Positions 11,625-24,238 of a DNA stretch of 34,354 bases are shown here, piece by piece (the first letter of the stretch is position 1; each line of letters opens with the position of its first letter). Source of the DNA: Basidiobolus meristosporus CBS 931.73 (lineage: Eukaryota > Fungi > Basidiobolomycota); NCBI GenBank assembly GCA_002104905.1, contig MCFE01000803.1, positions 1 to 34,354 on the forward strand. The letters run 5' to 3'. Both the position numbers and the translations under genes were made by a program. Under the pieces are notes generated by a model that made no database searches, was not told the DNA's origin, and saw only the letters and a program-made list of their open reading frames with translations.

Positions 11625-14600
11625 TGGTGTAAAAGTTAGATTCCTACATAGTTATATATATCCCTGATTATCTGGAAATAAAGAAATAGGTGTTTTTTGA
11701 AATAAGCCTCAATCTGTAACCAGCTTTCTCAACCACAATGCTTCTTTTGTAGCTTCCCAGGCTGCCATATACTCTGCTGCTGTGGTGGAAAGTGCTATGG
11801 TTGGTTACTTTCTTGAATTCCCTGAAATTGCTCCTTTGCAGTAAAGAAAGGTGTATTCTGTGGTGGATCTTCTCTCATCCAAATTTTGTCCCCAATCAGC
11901 ATTGGAGTATCCCACAAGATCCTGTTCTGATTCCTTATAAGTATATCTCAAGCAAATAGCAGCAGTTCCTTTTAGGTATCTAAAAATCTGCTCAACTGCT
12001 GCAAAATGATCAGGTTTATAGTTCTGATTACGCTGGCAAACAACTCCTACTAAATATGAGATACCAGGGCTTGTTCCAGGCATGACTTACATCAAGCTGC
12101 CGGCCATAAATTGATAAGGAAAGTCAGGGCTTTCAAATGGCACAAAGCACTCTTGATTTGGCTGAGTTTTAACCCAGTTAAGGTTTGTCTCCATTAGTGT
12201 AGCTGCCAGTTTACAGTGTTCCATTTTGTACCTATATAGTATATTTTGAATATACTTGGATTGGTTTGGGGTGATAGTCTGGGTATTTCTGTTTATGGAG
12301 TACTTAATCCCTCACTAGTGACTAAGTTTTTCAAGATCATCTTAAACTTTTCAGAGAGGCTGGATTTAGACTCTTCCAATGATGCTAGGTCATTGGTGGC
12401 TATAATAAGATCATCCACATATAGAGCTAATAGAACTGGACTTGCTGTATCTAGCTTATAGTTTATACTATAGTCTGCATTACCCTTTTTGAAACTCAAA
12501 GATTCCATATAAGAATCTATCTTGCAATTCCAAGCTCTTGGGGATTACTAGAGACTATATAGATATTTTTCAAGCGTGCAGACCCAATGAGGCCTAACTT
12601 GGTCAGCAAACCATCAGGCTGTTCTATAAACATGTCTTCATAAAGTTCTCCAGTCAAAAATACAGTTTTTACATCCAAATGATATATATATGGCTGCAAT
12701 TGCTAATATCAATCCGTTGAAATTAAACTTGGCTGCTGGTGCAAAGGTCTCAACATAGTCAAGTTCTTTTGTTTGAATGTATCCTCAGGCTGCAAGTCTT
12801 GCTTTTATCTTTCTACTGTATCAGCAGCATTGTATTATGTCTGGAGGACCCATCTGCAACCAATTGATTTTTGGTTGATTGGTGATTTGATCAAGTCCCA
12901 AGTTTGCTTTTCCATCACAGCCTGATATTCCTCAGTCATTGAAGATCTCCAAAACTTTGTCTGAGGGCTGTTGGGGGCCTCTGTTAGAGTCTGGGGTTCA
13001 TCTATATGGACTGAATAGGCATAGGCTAAGTTTGTATTATCATTGATATAGTAAGTTAGGCAATATCTTGTTCAATTCAATCTCTGGGCAATTGATACTG
13101 AAGTGATCACTTCTGGGATATTCCTGGGCACTGATTCAGGTTGAGCCAAGTTTGTAGAGCCTTCTGGAAGAGAAAAGTCTCATTGTTATGCTCTGATTCA
13201 ATTCCAACAACTGGTAGACTTATGATCAAGTCTTTGTCATCATTTGATGGCATCTTTTGTGCAAATTTTGGATTTTTATCAAACAACACATCTCTGGACT
13301 TGATCATGCTCTTTGCTTTGGTATTACAGAGCTGGCATGCCTTACTCTCATGGCAGTAGCCCAAAAATATGCATTTTGAACTTTTTGGCTCAAATTCTAT
13401 TAATTTCCGGTCAATTTCTTGGCATATGCTGTACACCTAAATATTCTTGAATGTTCTGCACTTGGTCTGTATCTATACCATGCCTCAAATGAAGTAGAAT
13501 CACAAAGTATTCTGTTATAGCTCCTATGTTTACGGTATACAGCTGTGGCAACTGATTCTACCCAAAAATCACAGTAAAGTATTTGATCATGGATCCTTGA
13601 TCTTGCCTTATCATTTATTGATCTGTTTGCATGTTCTGCTACTCCATGTTGGGGTGAAGAGTAAGGTACAATAGTTTCTTGCTTTATCCCGCAAATTTTG
13701 CAGAAGTGGATGAAAAGTTTTGAGGTATATTCTCCAGCATTGTCAAAGTGTATTTTCTTAATTTTTTCACCAATTTCTCTCTCTACCGTATCTCTAAACA
13801 CCCTTAACTTTGACAGCGCTTCTTCCTTTTTCTCTACAAAGTAGACCAATGGGTGTCTTGTATAATCATCAATAAAAGCTATTAAATACTTCATTTTGCC
13901 TAAGGATAATTATTGCATATGTCCAGATGAGTTTGAGTGCATTAAATCTAATTTTTCTGAGTTTTGACTAACCCAGAGCTCTTAAGCAGTTGTTTGGCTT
14001 GTTTCCCATATATGCAGGCTTCAGAGTGATCCAAATTAGCTAATTGAGATTTCTTGATAATAGTTAAAGAGTTCTTTTTGGATATGTAAGATGTTGAGAC
14101 ATACCAGAATCAGTATACCCTGTTTGAGAATCCTTGTTTGTGGTCATGTTTTGTGCAAATATCAATAGTCTGTCTTCAGTTGTTGCAGCGTTTCCATGTT
14201 CAGGCTTCCTTTGCTGATTATCTCTCTTTTTGAATCACCAGTCCAATGTGTGTCCTTTCCTTTTGCAGTAGTTGCAAGACAGACTGCTATTGCCTTTAAA
14301 ATGTCATGGGTATCTCCTTTGTTGGTTAGGACTGCTCATTAGTGCATTATCTTCTTGCTTCTTCTTGGAGCTTAATTTTATTAATTCTGCATTAAGGAGC
14401 CTTTGATATATGTAATCTAAGGTCAAATCTTTGGTGCTAGACTCTAGAGGCTATAAATGGCCCTGAAGCCTGTCTGTGAGGTTATTCAGGATGGTAATTA
14501 TCAGATTGTCATCATCAGTGGGTATGCCCACAGATTTTATTTCATTCACCAGCAGGGTACTTCTGTCAAGTGAATATCACAACTCTTGTCCAGGCAGCAT

Positions 14601-15313
14601 TGTTGTAGTAGGTATTTATGTCAAAGATACATTTTCTTAGCAGCTTAACATGACTTGTAAGTGTCTTCCAATACCATTTTTTCTCTCAAGCATTGAATCT
14701 GAAATTTATCTTTAAAATTAAGGCAGATGCTGTTAAGTACACTTTGTTCTTTCTTCTACTACTTTAAGGCTTCCTCTCCCACTTTTTTAGGAGGGCATTC
14801 TCTGGCCATGCCAATATCTCAGAGGCCTCCTTCATGTAGCAGCATCTGCATCTTTACCTTCCACATTTGGTGGCTAGATCAATTCAACTTTTCAGCAGAG
14901 GGAAGAATTCCAGTTCTAACAGTAGTAGACATTACAGAGAGTGGCAGCTTGGGGCTCATAATTGGTTGTAAGAGTCTTGGAAATATTGGAAGTGATTGCA
15001 AGGACTAGTAGTTTATATGGTTTTCACTTAATGATTTACTGAATATAAAAGTAGTATTGAAGCTCTTATATGGTCTTAGCATAACAAAACATGTAGAATT
15101 GATTTAGGAAGGTCCCAAGAACATGTGTGCAAAACTTGGGGCTGCTTGGGCAACCTATCTGGTTTTCATGTACTGGGTTTCAGATATTTTGGTGAGAATA
15201 TTCTAAGTGAACCTTGATAATAAACTGGTCAGTTTTCTCTAGGATCTGAAGGTAACAATCTTGGTGACTAAGCTGGGCAAGTACTTAGCTGGAATTACAA
15301 TCTTCTTACAACA
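11625..15313 (-). mobile_element. Ty1/copia family C copy D, degenerate, 3' end missing in place
   Basis: RNase H 11805-12083 (GYSNADWG..RRSTT.Y.F), RT 12293-12699 (LYVDDLIIAT; YHLDVKTVFL), integrase 13107-13894 (FIDDYTRH; FDNAGEYTS; SKCIFLGY), gag ~14100-14940, decayed PBS 14951-14963, 5' LTR 14964-15313. Confidence 0.92.
14964..15313 (-). repeat. 5' LTR of copia D (family C)
   Basis: GGTTGTAAG (decayed TGTTG)...TTACAACA, 350 bp, preceded by GGGGCTCATAATT. Confidence 0.9.
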
Positions 15314-15711
15314 GCAGTTGCATCCGTTTGTTCTATTAAAAGCTCTGATTTAACTGCAATAGCCAATATCAATCTAATGGAATTGAACTTGGCTACCAGT
15401 GAAAAGGTCTCAGTGTAGTCAAGTACTTCTGTTTAAGAATGTTCTTTGGCCACAAGTCTTGCTTTGTATCTTTCAATTGTACCATCAGCCATGTATTTTG
15501 TCTTAAAGACCCATTTGCATCCAATTGATTTTTGGTTGATTGATAATTTGACAAATTCCTAAGTTTGGTTTTCCATTAAGGTCTTATATTCCACAGTCAT
15601 TGCAGATCTCCAAACCTTTGTATGAGGGCTATTAAGAGCCTCTTTTACAGCCTAGGGCTTATCAGCATGGACTGACTAGGCATACACTATGTTTGCACCT
15701 TTATTGATATA
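15314..15711 (-). pseudogene. pol: Copia RT N-terminal fragment E, host of both D and CACTA B5
   Basis: Hand translation KWVFKTKYMADGTIERYKARLVAK..DYTETFSLVAKFNSIRLILAIA; cut by the D LTR on the left and by a CACTA terminus at 15712. Confidence 0.88.
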
Positions 15712-16223
15712 CACTATGGAAAATAATGTGGTCCCATGGGTGGATCGAATCTACATGAGTTGTCAGAATTGCTTCTGGAGATCTTAATAACACCAGCAGC
15801 TTGGAATTAATCACCTACACATTTTTATGACAAGAAAATAATGGCATTTGGCCAGTTTTATGGCCAAATAAATTTAAAAGCATTGTGGTATCAGGGCAAT
15901 GTTTGCCCAAGGTGGCATGGCATTGTTGCAGTCTTAGTGTGCTCCACAACTATTTGAGCGGATCTAATCAACAAGTACATCTGTCTGCCTTATATGACAG
16001 AAGACTTGACAGTGCTTGAATGGCCTCATTGCAAGCCTCTGATGACATTATAATGGCTGTATGGTGGCCTACAGCAGGTTCTGTATAACACTACCATATT
16101 GATTTACCAAGTGGTACTTCCTTTTTCTACCTTCCCTTATGCAATTCATGTATTCCCCTGTACACTCTCACCTCTGGATTAGCTTATCCACTACTACCTA
16201 TGGTATTCTACATATAGTCCAAA
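15712..16223 (-). mobile_element. CACTA right-end fragment B5 with canonical CACTA terminus
   Basis: Begins CACTATGGAAAATAATGTGGTCCC at a sharp junction with copia sequence; direct homologue of 16460-16950 and inverse homologue of ~9050-9561. Confidence 0.88.
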
Positions 16224-16459
16224 TCAGCAGCACATCTCAGACATGCCATCAAGGTGCTTTTCAGTGTAGTGCACAAGATACACAGAGGCCTTTGAAGAAA
16301 CTTGGAGCATCTAGGAAGCAAGAGAAGCAAAAGCTTTTACTATATTGACATATTGGCAATGACACCAGCAGCTTAGACACAGAGGTTATTGCACCCATCA
16401 GACACCTTGCACACCTTGAGTTGTGTAGCTGCTCCCAGGAGTACCTGTACACCACCACA
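16224..16459 (+). repeat. Partial family X LTR (terminal ~235 bp)
   Basis: Matches 4360-4593 and ends CACCACCACA. Confidence 0.88.
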
Positions 16460-19440
16460 GAGGGTGGATCCAAACCAGATCAGCCATCAAGATGTTGTCA
16501 GGAGACTGCTATAATACCAGCAGCTTGGAATTAATGACAATTTATACAGTCTTGTGACTGGATCACAACAGTGTTTTGCTAATTTTACATCCAAATAAAG
16601 TTGATAAAATATGACAGTGTTTGTTCAATGTTTTGCCAAGGGCGGCATGGCATTGTTATAGTCTTAGTGCACCTTACAACTAATTGAGTGGATCTAACCA
16701 GCTGTGTATCCAATTGCCTTATATGGCAAAAAACTTGACGGTGTTTTGACAACCTCTTTGCAAGGCTCTGACAGCATTATTATGGCTGTATTGTGGCCTA
16801 CAGAGAGTTCTGTAATATGCTACCATACAAATTAACCAAATGTAATTTCCTTTTTCTACCTCCCCTTATGCAGTTCATATATTCCACTGTCAAATCACCC
16901 CTCTTTGTTTACTTACCCACTACTACCTTAGGTATTCCACATACAGTTTGAGTTCAACAGTACTATGGCCTCCTGCCTACTAACCTCTATAAATGCATAC
17001 ACCTGTCAGAATTGACATGCTTCTATCACCTCAACTTTACGGCTTTTTAGTGTGATGCTTGCAAAGCTGCTATATACTTTGTATTGCAGGTAACATATCC
17101 TACAGGCAAGCACATGCTTGGTTGCCACCTCTTCTTCCATGAATACCTCCTGAATATCCGCAAAGAACTTATTGGTATTTAGCCAATATGTTCCTTCTCC
17201 CTGCTGGATTCTAGTCACCTTTATAGGTGCATTCTGGCTCTTGTTTGTGTGAATTCCATGTTGAATGGTGCAGAAATTGGCTTGTGACCAAGAGAACCCA
17301 TCATACTTTAGTAGAGTTTTCCCAATAAATTCAGTTGCTTTTTGCACCCAACCCAACTTTGCATTGCTTAATTGATTACCCACCCATTGGGGCTGCTTAG
17401 TTACTTAATGCCATAGGCATAGGTGTCTCCATGTGCACATCTGTACTCAGTATTTCCAACTCTTTGTGGCTGTTCTCTATGTGCTGCCTCATCACAGCCA
17501 TGACAGACCTGAATGTAATATTCTTGATGAGATTGCAATATGGCAGTACCTGCCACTTGACTTGTCTTCCTATCTCTCCACACATCTGCTCTATATAAAA
17601 CTCCCAAAAGGTGAAGCAAGGTCCAATATTCTCAATGCACCAAGCAAGATGAAATGGAGAATGGATACAGTAGTGGCAGAGATCTATGCATTCAGCTTTA
17701 TATTTGTATTATAGCTGCTTAAATTTCATCACAATCTCTTTGCACAAAAGCTACACATGTGTCAAGTTGGCATTGGTGATCTGTTTTGGATATATATTCC
17801 TACAGTGTACACATATGACTCCAAATGCTTCCTGTGGACTCTTGATAGCAATGGCTTAAGAAGGCCACTTAAATAAATACATATCCAGTTCACCCAGTCC
17901 TTGTACTTGTATTGTTGCATATGCATATGAATCTTGATTGGAGCCTGTGAGGAGTACTTAGGGTAGCCAATCTCTGTAATATCTTGCCAATTCATTTGAA
18001 TTTCCCCAGTATCTCAAAGGGCTCATTTAGCTTAAAATGCCCCATGTAGCACTTTGATATCAGCATAGCAATATTGTTAAAAGCAAATGCATTGCTCCTA
18101 ATTGAATACTTTGCCCCAACAGATACCCTCTATCTTGAGTATCTCTGGTTTTCAATTAGTTCCATATTCTGTCCAATGGCCTATAGCTTGCCAACTTTGC
18201 CGCAATTGCATGCTGACTTCTGTGTGTTCTCTCTATGTGAAGATGATGCTCTTAGTGTTGGTGTTTGGGTAATAATAATGTGTGCAACTGATGGAGTAAG
18301 TCCCCTGGATCTCACGCATTTGAAAGCAATACTGTCCATTGTGCCTGGAAAAGCTGGCTATCCTGCTGATGGCTGGGGTATCACCATTGAAGCTAATAAT
18401 ATGTGCTTTTCATGACAGCTGTCAACTGCTATCCTGGTGGAAAGTATACAAGATTTATTCAGCAATGGATACAAGTAGCTATCCAGGTTGGATGGTGATC
18501 TAGGCCCAGATATGAGTGAGACTACCATCAGATTTCTGCCCTGATACCATTAGATAAGCAGCAGCTTCAGGTTGATGAGAATCAGTAGCCAGCAGGATTT
18601 ACAGGTAGAGTACTTGTTTAATGAGAATCCATCAAGTTTCAACACAAAGGTATGGTCATACATCCCTTCAAAGTAACCCTAGCTTCTTAGCTGTTTTTAA
18701 TGTTTGCCATCAAATATATCTGATATGTTTGCAATTGACAGATACTGAGTGTAGTACTTTATAGCTTCACAATATTTGTTGGACTGCATGAGCTTCTTTA
18801 GACAGGGTATTACCAAAATATTTCTGGAGTGTGAACAGTGTTTTCCCCCAATGGTGGTGGATTCCTGAGAAGTTGGACACCTTGCATTTGTGGCATTTTC
18901 TGTTGTAAACACCATGCAACTGTTGACACTTGCTGGTATCAGGATGGTGTCTGGGTCATATGTTGCCAGCCACATGATAGTTTTCCATTTATACCATGTA
19001 CATGGTAAATTTCATCCTGAGATGACTTTGGCAAGAAGTAATAGTAAATTCCCAAGGCCCCCATTACTGATATTAGTGGAAACATGCCATTTGTCTAGCC
19101 ACTACATTGCATCATTCACCAGTAGATGAACTATTGGGATCACTTGACTTCATAAAGTACCCCTAGCATTTTTTTTCATGGCTGTTGTCTCATTGCAAAA
19201 TGGGATTTTGCCAGGCTCATGCAAGGTATTGATGTAAGGGAAGATAGGCTTGCAATCCATCAGTGAGCCTGCTTCTTCAGAGCTATCACTATATGTGCCA
19301 TACTTAGCAGGCTGGGTTGAGCCTAAAGGCATTACAAACTCTCCTGACTCAGTTTGCATAAGATGTGAATTTAACACATTCATTGATTTGAGACATTGCA
19401 CCTACATGAATGTGAGATTCAATGATGACTTGCTGTAGTG
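16460..19440 (-). mobile_element. CACTA copy B3: most of the transposase including the C-terminal half, degenerate
   Basis: 18697-19401 matches the B4 ORF; 17975-18300 matches 34030-34354. Downstream motifs YKDWVNWICIYLSGLLKPLL and YWTLLHLWEFYIEQMCGEIGRQVKWQVLPYCNL resemble the CACTA YK..EW..W and W.F..ER..G.L...VK...PY.NL motifs. Confidence 0.88.
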
Positions 19441-19487
19441 GAGTCACAGTGACACCCACTGACACATGTGCTCATTCCCATATTAAG

Positions 19488-19583
19488 TTTGTTCTGCTGG
19501 ATAGTGCTACTTAGTGCGAGCCTGTTTGTAGTGCCGGATTGATTTGGCACTCTACAGCACTATCTAGCACTATAATTTCTACC
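19488..19583 (-). repeat. Phased AGTGC/GCACT inverted array W, copy 2
   Basis: TAGTGC at 19502, 19512, 19529, then GCACT at 19547, 19557, 19567. Confidence 0.8.
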
Positions 19584-22500
19584 AACTTGATTTATTTCTG
19601 TAAAACTTCAGTTGAACCTTAATTGCCAATATTATTGACCTAAATAAGTCCCTATACCTTAGACTAATATTAAGCCCAACCCCACACTCAACATGTACCT
19701 TCATTATAATCCACTACTCAATAAGTTTTTCTGCTGTAATACTCTGTTTCCATGACTTTGGCAGGAACTGTCATGATCATATGACATCCCTGGTCTTCAA
19801 TGTTCAAGCTAAATCAAGCTGGCAAAGAAATCCCAGTTCCTTTTAGAAAGCTTTACTATATTCTAGCAACCACTGGAAAGCTTCAGTTCATTATTACACA
19901 ATGGAATGTTCTATGGAAGCTCTCCTTTGAAATTTATGTAGTTCAGTACCATATGTATTAGTTACATATCACATGACCTAGTCACATGGATGTCTGACTC
20001 CTGACATGTCTCCATGTGATATTCTAGTCTGCTCTTTAGTATATTTCTATCTTGGCACACCTACTGTGCCTCATCCCATAGCCCCATTGGTGTTAGCTAA
20101 TATATCTTGGCATCCATATGGCCAAAAAGTATATATAATCCTATCCCCCCTTTTGTATCCCTCAGTCTGATAAACACAGGACTTGAATAAACAGTCTTGC
20201 CTTGGAATTCCACCTAACCCTGTTGTTCCATACCTAAGTCCTTTCCTGATCCTGCTTTGCATAGCTCCACTCTCCTGCCTGGTGTCTGTTCATAACAGGA
20301 ACCCTACAGCTTTATACCACTGTTTGTTCACTGGTTCTGACACATCCTGGTCTTCAGTCACCACTGCAAGGTTAATCCCCTCACTTGCCAGTCTTTGCAA
20401 TAAATTCTTGCATTGTTCAAGTGTATTTTCTTGAGCACTGCACTTGAAGAAGTGCTGCAACCTCTTGGTGTGCTTATTAATGTTCCAAGGTTACACTGAA
20501 GGCATTGTGATAGCTTTTTGAGTTCTTGACATAGTTGCTTTATCTGTTAGCAGGATCACCACTGTTGCAACAATGAAGCACATGGAGGCTGTGGTAGACA
20601 AATTGCCTTCCTCTGCAACTCACATACTTCACTGGAGTGTAGCTCATCTTGCTGTGCTTCCAACTCTTGTGAAAACAGCTGTTTTCTTGTTGGTAATTCT
20701 TTGTGCTATAATGGGATTCAGTCTGTTCTAGGCTTACAGTGTTTATTGGCAAGAACTGCAGCTTTCTTCTTATGCTTCCCTGACTCTGGCTTGAGTAGAC
20801 ATTTTTCCCTTTACCTTTTTCTTCTTCACTACCAGGTCTTTCACTGCTACTTTGTCTGAGTGCTTCTTGTATTGACTTATGTTTTCTGCTTAACAAATGT
20901 TGCTCTGATGCATCCACTTTAATATGCTTGTCCCTTGCTGGCTCTCTGCTGGCAGCCTGATGCTTTTTTGCTGCTTGTTTTGCGCTTTAAGCCCATGCTG
21001 TGATGGGCTCCTGAGGTAGCTGCTGGTTTGTATTGTTGCCAAGTCTTCTGCAGCTACTTTGACTGAGTGCATCTTGAGTGCAAACATGCTTCTTCCTTAA
21101 AACATGTTGTGCTGATGCATCTGTGTCTGCCTGCTTGTCCCCTATTGGCACTTTTCCAGCTACCTGATGTCTTTTTGATACTTGTTTGGAGCTTTTTGCC
21201 CTGCTTGTAACAGGCTCTTGAGGAAGCTGCTGGTTTTTAGCCATTGCATCCAGCTTCTTCTGCTTTTAATAGTTTTGCTATTCTTGAGATATTTTCTTAG
21301 CATACCAACACTTGCCCCAAATCTGTTTGCTCATTTGAATCATGGATAATTCCCATAGTACAAGTCAGGGATATTCTGTTTGACCTTGAGCTCCTGTATG
21401 CCAGCCTTAAGGTATTGGCATGCTAGACACCTAACAGCCTCTTGAATACTAGCCCACTCTTGCTCATCATGCTCAACAACTTCACAGATATTCAATGTCT
21501 TTTGATTTTTGGGCTTTGGTATAAACACCACATTTTCTTGTACCCATGCTGTGATATGTACTTGTGTGGGCTTAATCTTTTGGCACTGCTGTTGAGCTTC
21601 AAAGACTGTACAGCGCTCCTCCGCTTTTACATTGGGAAATGGCACACTTCTTGGCTGTGACCTTGAGCTACTTGAGCTTCTTCTTTGCAGCAAGATACTG
21701 CATTCTCTACCTTGGATACCAATTGATCTACACATATTGTACAATCACCCTGTTTCTGGACTATTTCCTGTTTTCTCTGGGCCATTGCATCTATCTTATT
21801 ATTCACTGCTTCTAATAGCCTGATAAATACTTTGGTATGAACTGACAACATACTTTTGAATACAGGTGGTGTTGATGTTATGATGGCCACTGACTGGTCT
21901 TCACTGAAGGTACTGCTTTTGCTACATTCACATCTGCCAGGCATTATGGTCAGCTTGCCTCTTTGCAGAGACTCTCAGCCTACTTGACTGTGAGCTTAAG
22001 GAGTCTGCATTATTACCTTGAATGGCTACACTGTCAACATGACCTTTTTTTGGTTGTAGCTCTGCTTGATGCACTAAATGTCAAAGCAAGTTGTGGTCCA
22101 ACTGTTCCTCTGCAGCTGTCAGTAGTGGTGCATGGGTGGAAACTAGACAACTTTGCTATATTTTTTGGTGGCATATATATGGAAGTGAATCAAACTAAAT
22201 GGGAAATAGTATTAAATAAATGTGTATGTGGTGCCACAACTTTATTTATAATGCTTACTATGGCAGGTCATCATTGAATCTTATATTTGTGTAGGTGCAG
22301 TGTCTCAAATACAAGACTGTATTAAACTCACATGAGTACTAAAAAAAATGATATAATAGTGTTAGGTTGCTGAGTGTCAAATTGTTTGCCCCATGGACAA
22401 GACTAATTTGATTCAACACCATAAGAGACAAGAAAAAAGACCATGTGGCTATTGTAGCAAGCCTCTCAGCCATCAATCATGCCGTCAGCATAGGAAGTAT

Positions 22501-23318
22501 TACAAGGATCACTGCCAGTGTTTTCTCATACAAGTCAGATCTGACCATTCATCAGTCACTACTATACCAACAATATCTTGCCAGCTAGCTGATAGTTCTA
22601 TATTGGCACCTGGCTGTATTTGTTACCTTGTGCAAAATGAATCCGGTGAGTTTGGGATGCCTTTAGGCTTACCCCAGACTTCTAAGTATGGCAAACAGAG
22701 TGATAGCTCTGAGAAAGAAGACTCACTGGTAGATTGTGACCCTATCTCTCCTAACAAGCGTACCCTGCATGAGCCTGGCAAAATCCCATTATGCAATGAG
22801 ACAACACCTGTAAAAAAAATACCAAGGATGATTAAAGAGTCAAGTGAGTCTAGTAATCTATCTACTGGTTAATGATGGGATGTTGTAGCTAGAGAAGTGG
22901 CAATTTTCCACTAATATCTGTAATGGGGGCTTTGAGGATTTACTATTATTTCTTGCCAAAATCATCTCAAGATGCAACTTACCATGTTCATAGTACATAT
23001 GAATAACTGTCATGCAGCTGACAACATATAACCCAAAAACCATCCTGATACCAGCATGTGTTATCAGTTGCAAGGCATTCACATCAGCAAATGTCACCAT
23101 TGCAAGGTGTCCAACTTGTCAGGAATCCACCACCATTGCAGGAAAACTTTGTTCATACTCCACATATATTCCAGTAATACCCCATCTAAAGAGGCTTTTA
23201 TAGTTTAACAAATATTTTGAAGCTATAAAATACCACACTCAGTGTTAATTAAGTGTAAACATATCCAATATATTCAATGGCAAATGTTATAAACAGCTAA
23301 GAAGCAAGGGCTACTTTG
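19584..23318 (+). mobile_element. CACTA copy B2 (older): accessory gene on minus, transposase 5' part on plus, cut by copia C1
   Basis: Colinear with 30453-33655. Accessory gene ~19595-22174 (-), transposase from ATG 22393 (RPCGYCSKPLSH). Breaks at GGCTACTTTG|, where B4 continues AAGGTATG. Confidence 0.9.
19769..20297. repeat. Solo LTR of family Z (529 bp) in the B2 accessory gene
   Basis: TGTCATGA...TCATAACA; perfect 5-bp TSD GGAAC (19764-19768, 20298-20302); absent from the B4 homologue at ~30632. Confidence 0.92.
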
Positions 23319-24238
23319 TGCTGTAAAGTTTGTAATTCCACCTAAATATTCACCTAACTTAGTCACTTAGATCATTAACTTTCAATCCTAGGGAATACTG
23401 AACAAATTCCTTGTTTGGATTTACTTAGAATATTTTCACCAAAATTCCAGGTACTCAGAAAATGAAAATTCTCAAAGTTGTCCAAACAGCCCCATACTTT
23501 GCACACATACTCTTGCAACCTTTTTTAACCTAATCTATATGTTTGCTCTGCGATGACCATGTAAAAGTATAAATACTACTTTACATTCAATATATCATTA
23601 AGTGAAAACTACATAATCTACTTGTCCTCCCAAGTCACTTAAAATATATCCAAGACTCTAACAACAGGTTATGAGCCCCAAGCTTTCACTCTCTGCAATG
23701 TTTACTTCTGCTGTTACTAGAATTTTTCCCTCTGCTAAAAAGTTAGATGGATCCAACTAACAAGTGTGGAAGGTGAAGATGAATATGCTGCTACAAGAAA
23801 GTGGCCTTTGGAATATTGTCATGGGAGAAGAATACCCTCCTAAAGTGTGGGAGAGGAAGTTTTAAAGTACCAAAAGCAAGAACAGAGTACCTTTAACTGC
23901 ATTTGCCCTAGTGTTAAAGACAAGTTGCTAATTCAATGCTCAAGAGCAAAAACAGCAAAGAATGCCCAGAAGGCATTAGAAGATATCTGTCAGTCATGTT
24001 CAGCTGCTAAGAAAATGTATTTTAGGCAAAATTCTTTACCACAAATCTGCTGCCAGGAGAAAAATGAAAAATCTAAAAGAATAACCATGCTGGGAGATGA
24101 GATGGAATCTGTGGGCCTGCCAACTACTGTTGAGGATATGATAGTAACCATCTTGAATTGTCTAACAGACAGGTTTTGGAGCCTTGTATCAGCCCTAGAG
24201 TCTAGAACTGAATATTTGACCTTAAATTTCATATATAA
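23319..24238 (+). mobile_element. Copia C1: 5' LTR 23319-23666, PBS 23667-23679, gag 5' part
   Basis: TGCTG...CAACA, then GGTTATGAGCCCC. Gag reads to EYLTLNFIY at 24238 and resumes as YGRLLDKELK at 28756. Confidence 0.92.

Noticed and set aside
17006-17383. IQHGIHT..PIK resembling the start of a Ty3/gypsy RT
   Set aside because: No following SPW/YR.LN/YxDD motifs; it lies in the CACTA transposase C-terminal region.
19436-19440. TAGTG (reverse CACTA) as a transposon terminus
   Set aside because: It aligns to the internal spacer sequence TACTATGGCAGGTCATC of B1, B2 and B4, so it is a truncation point.
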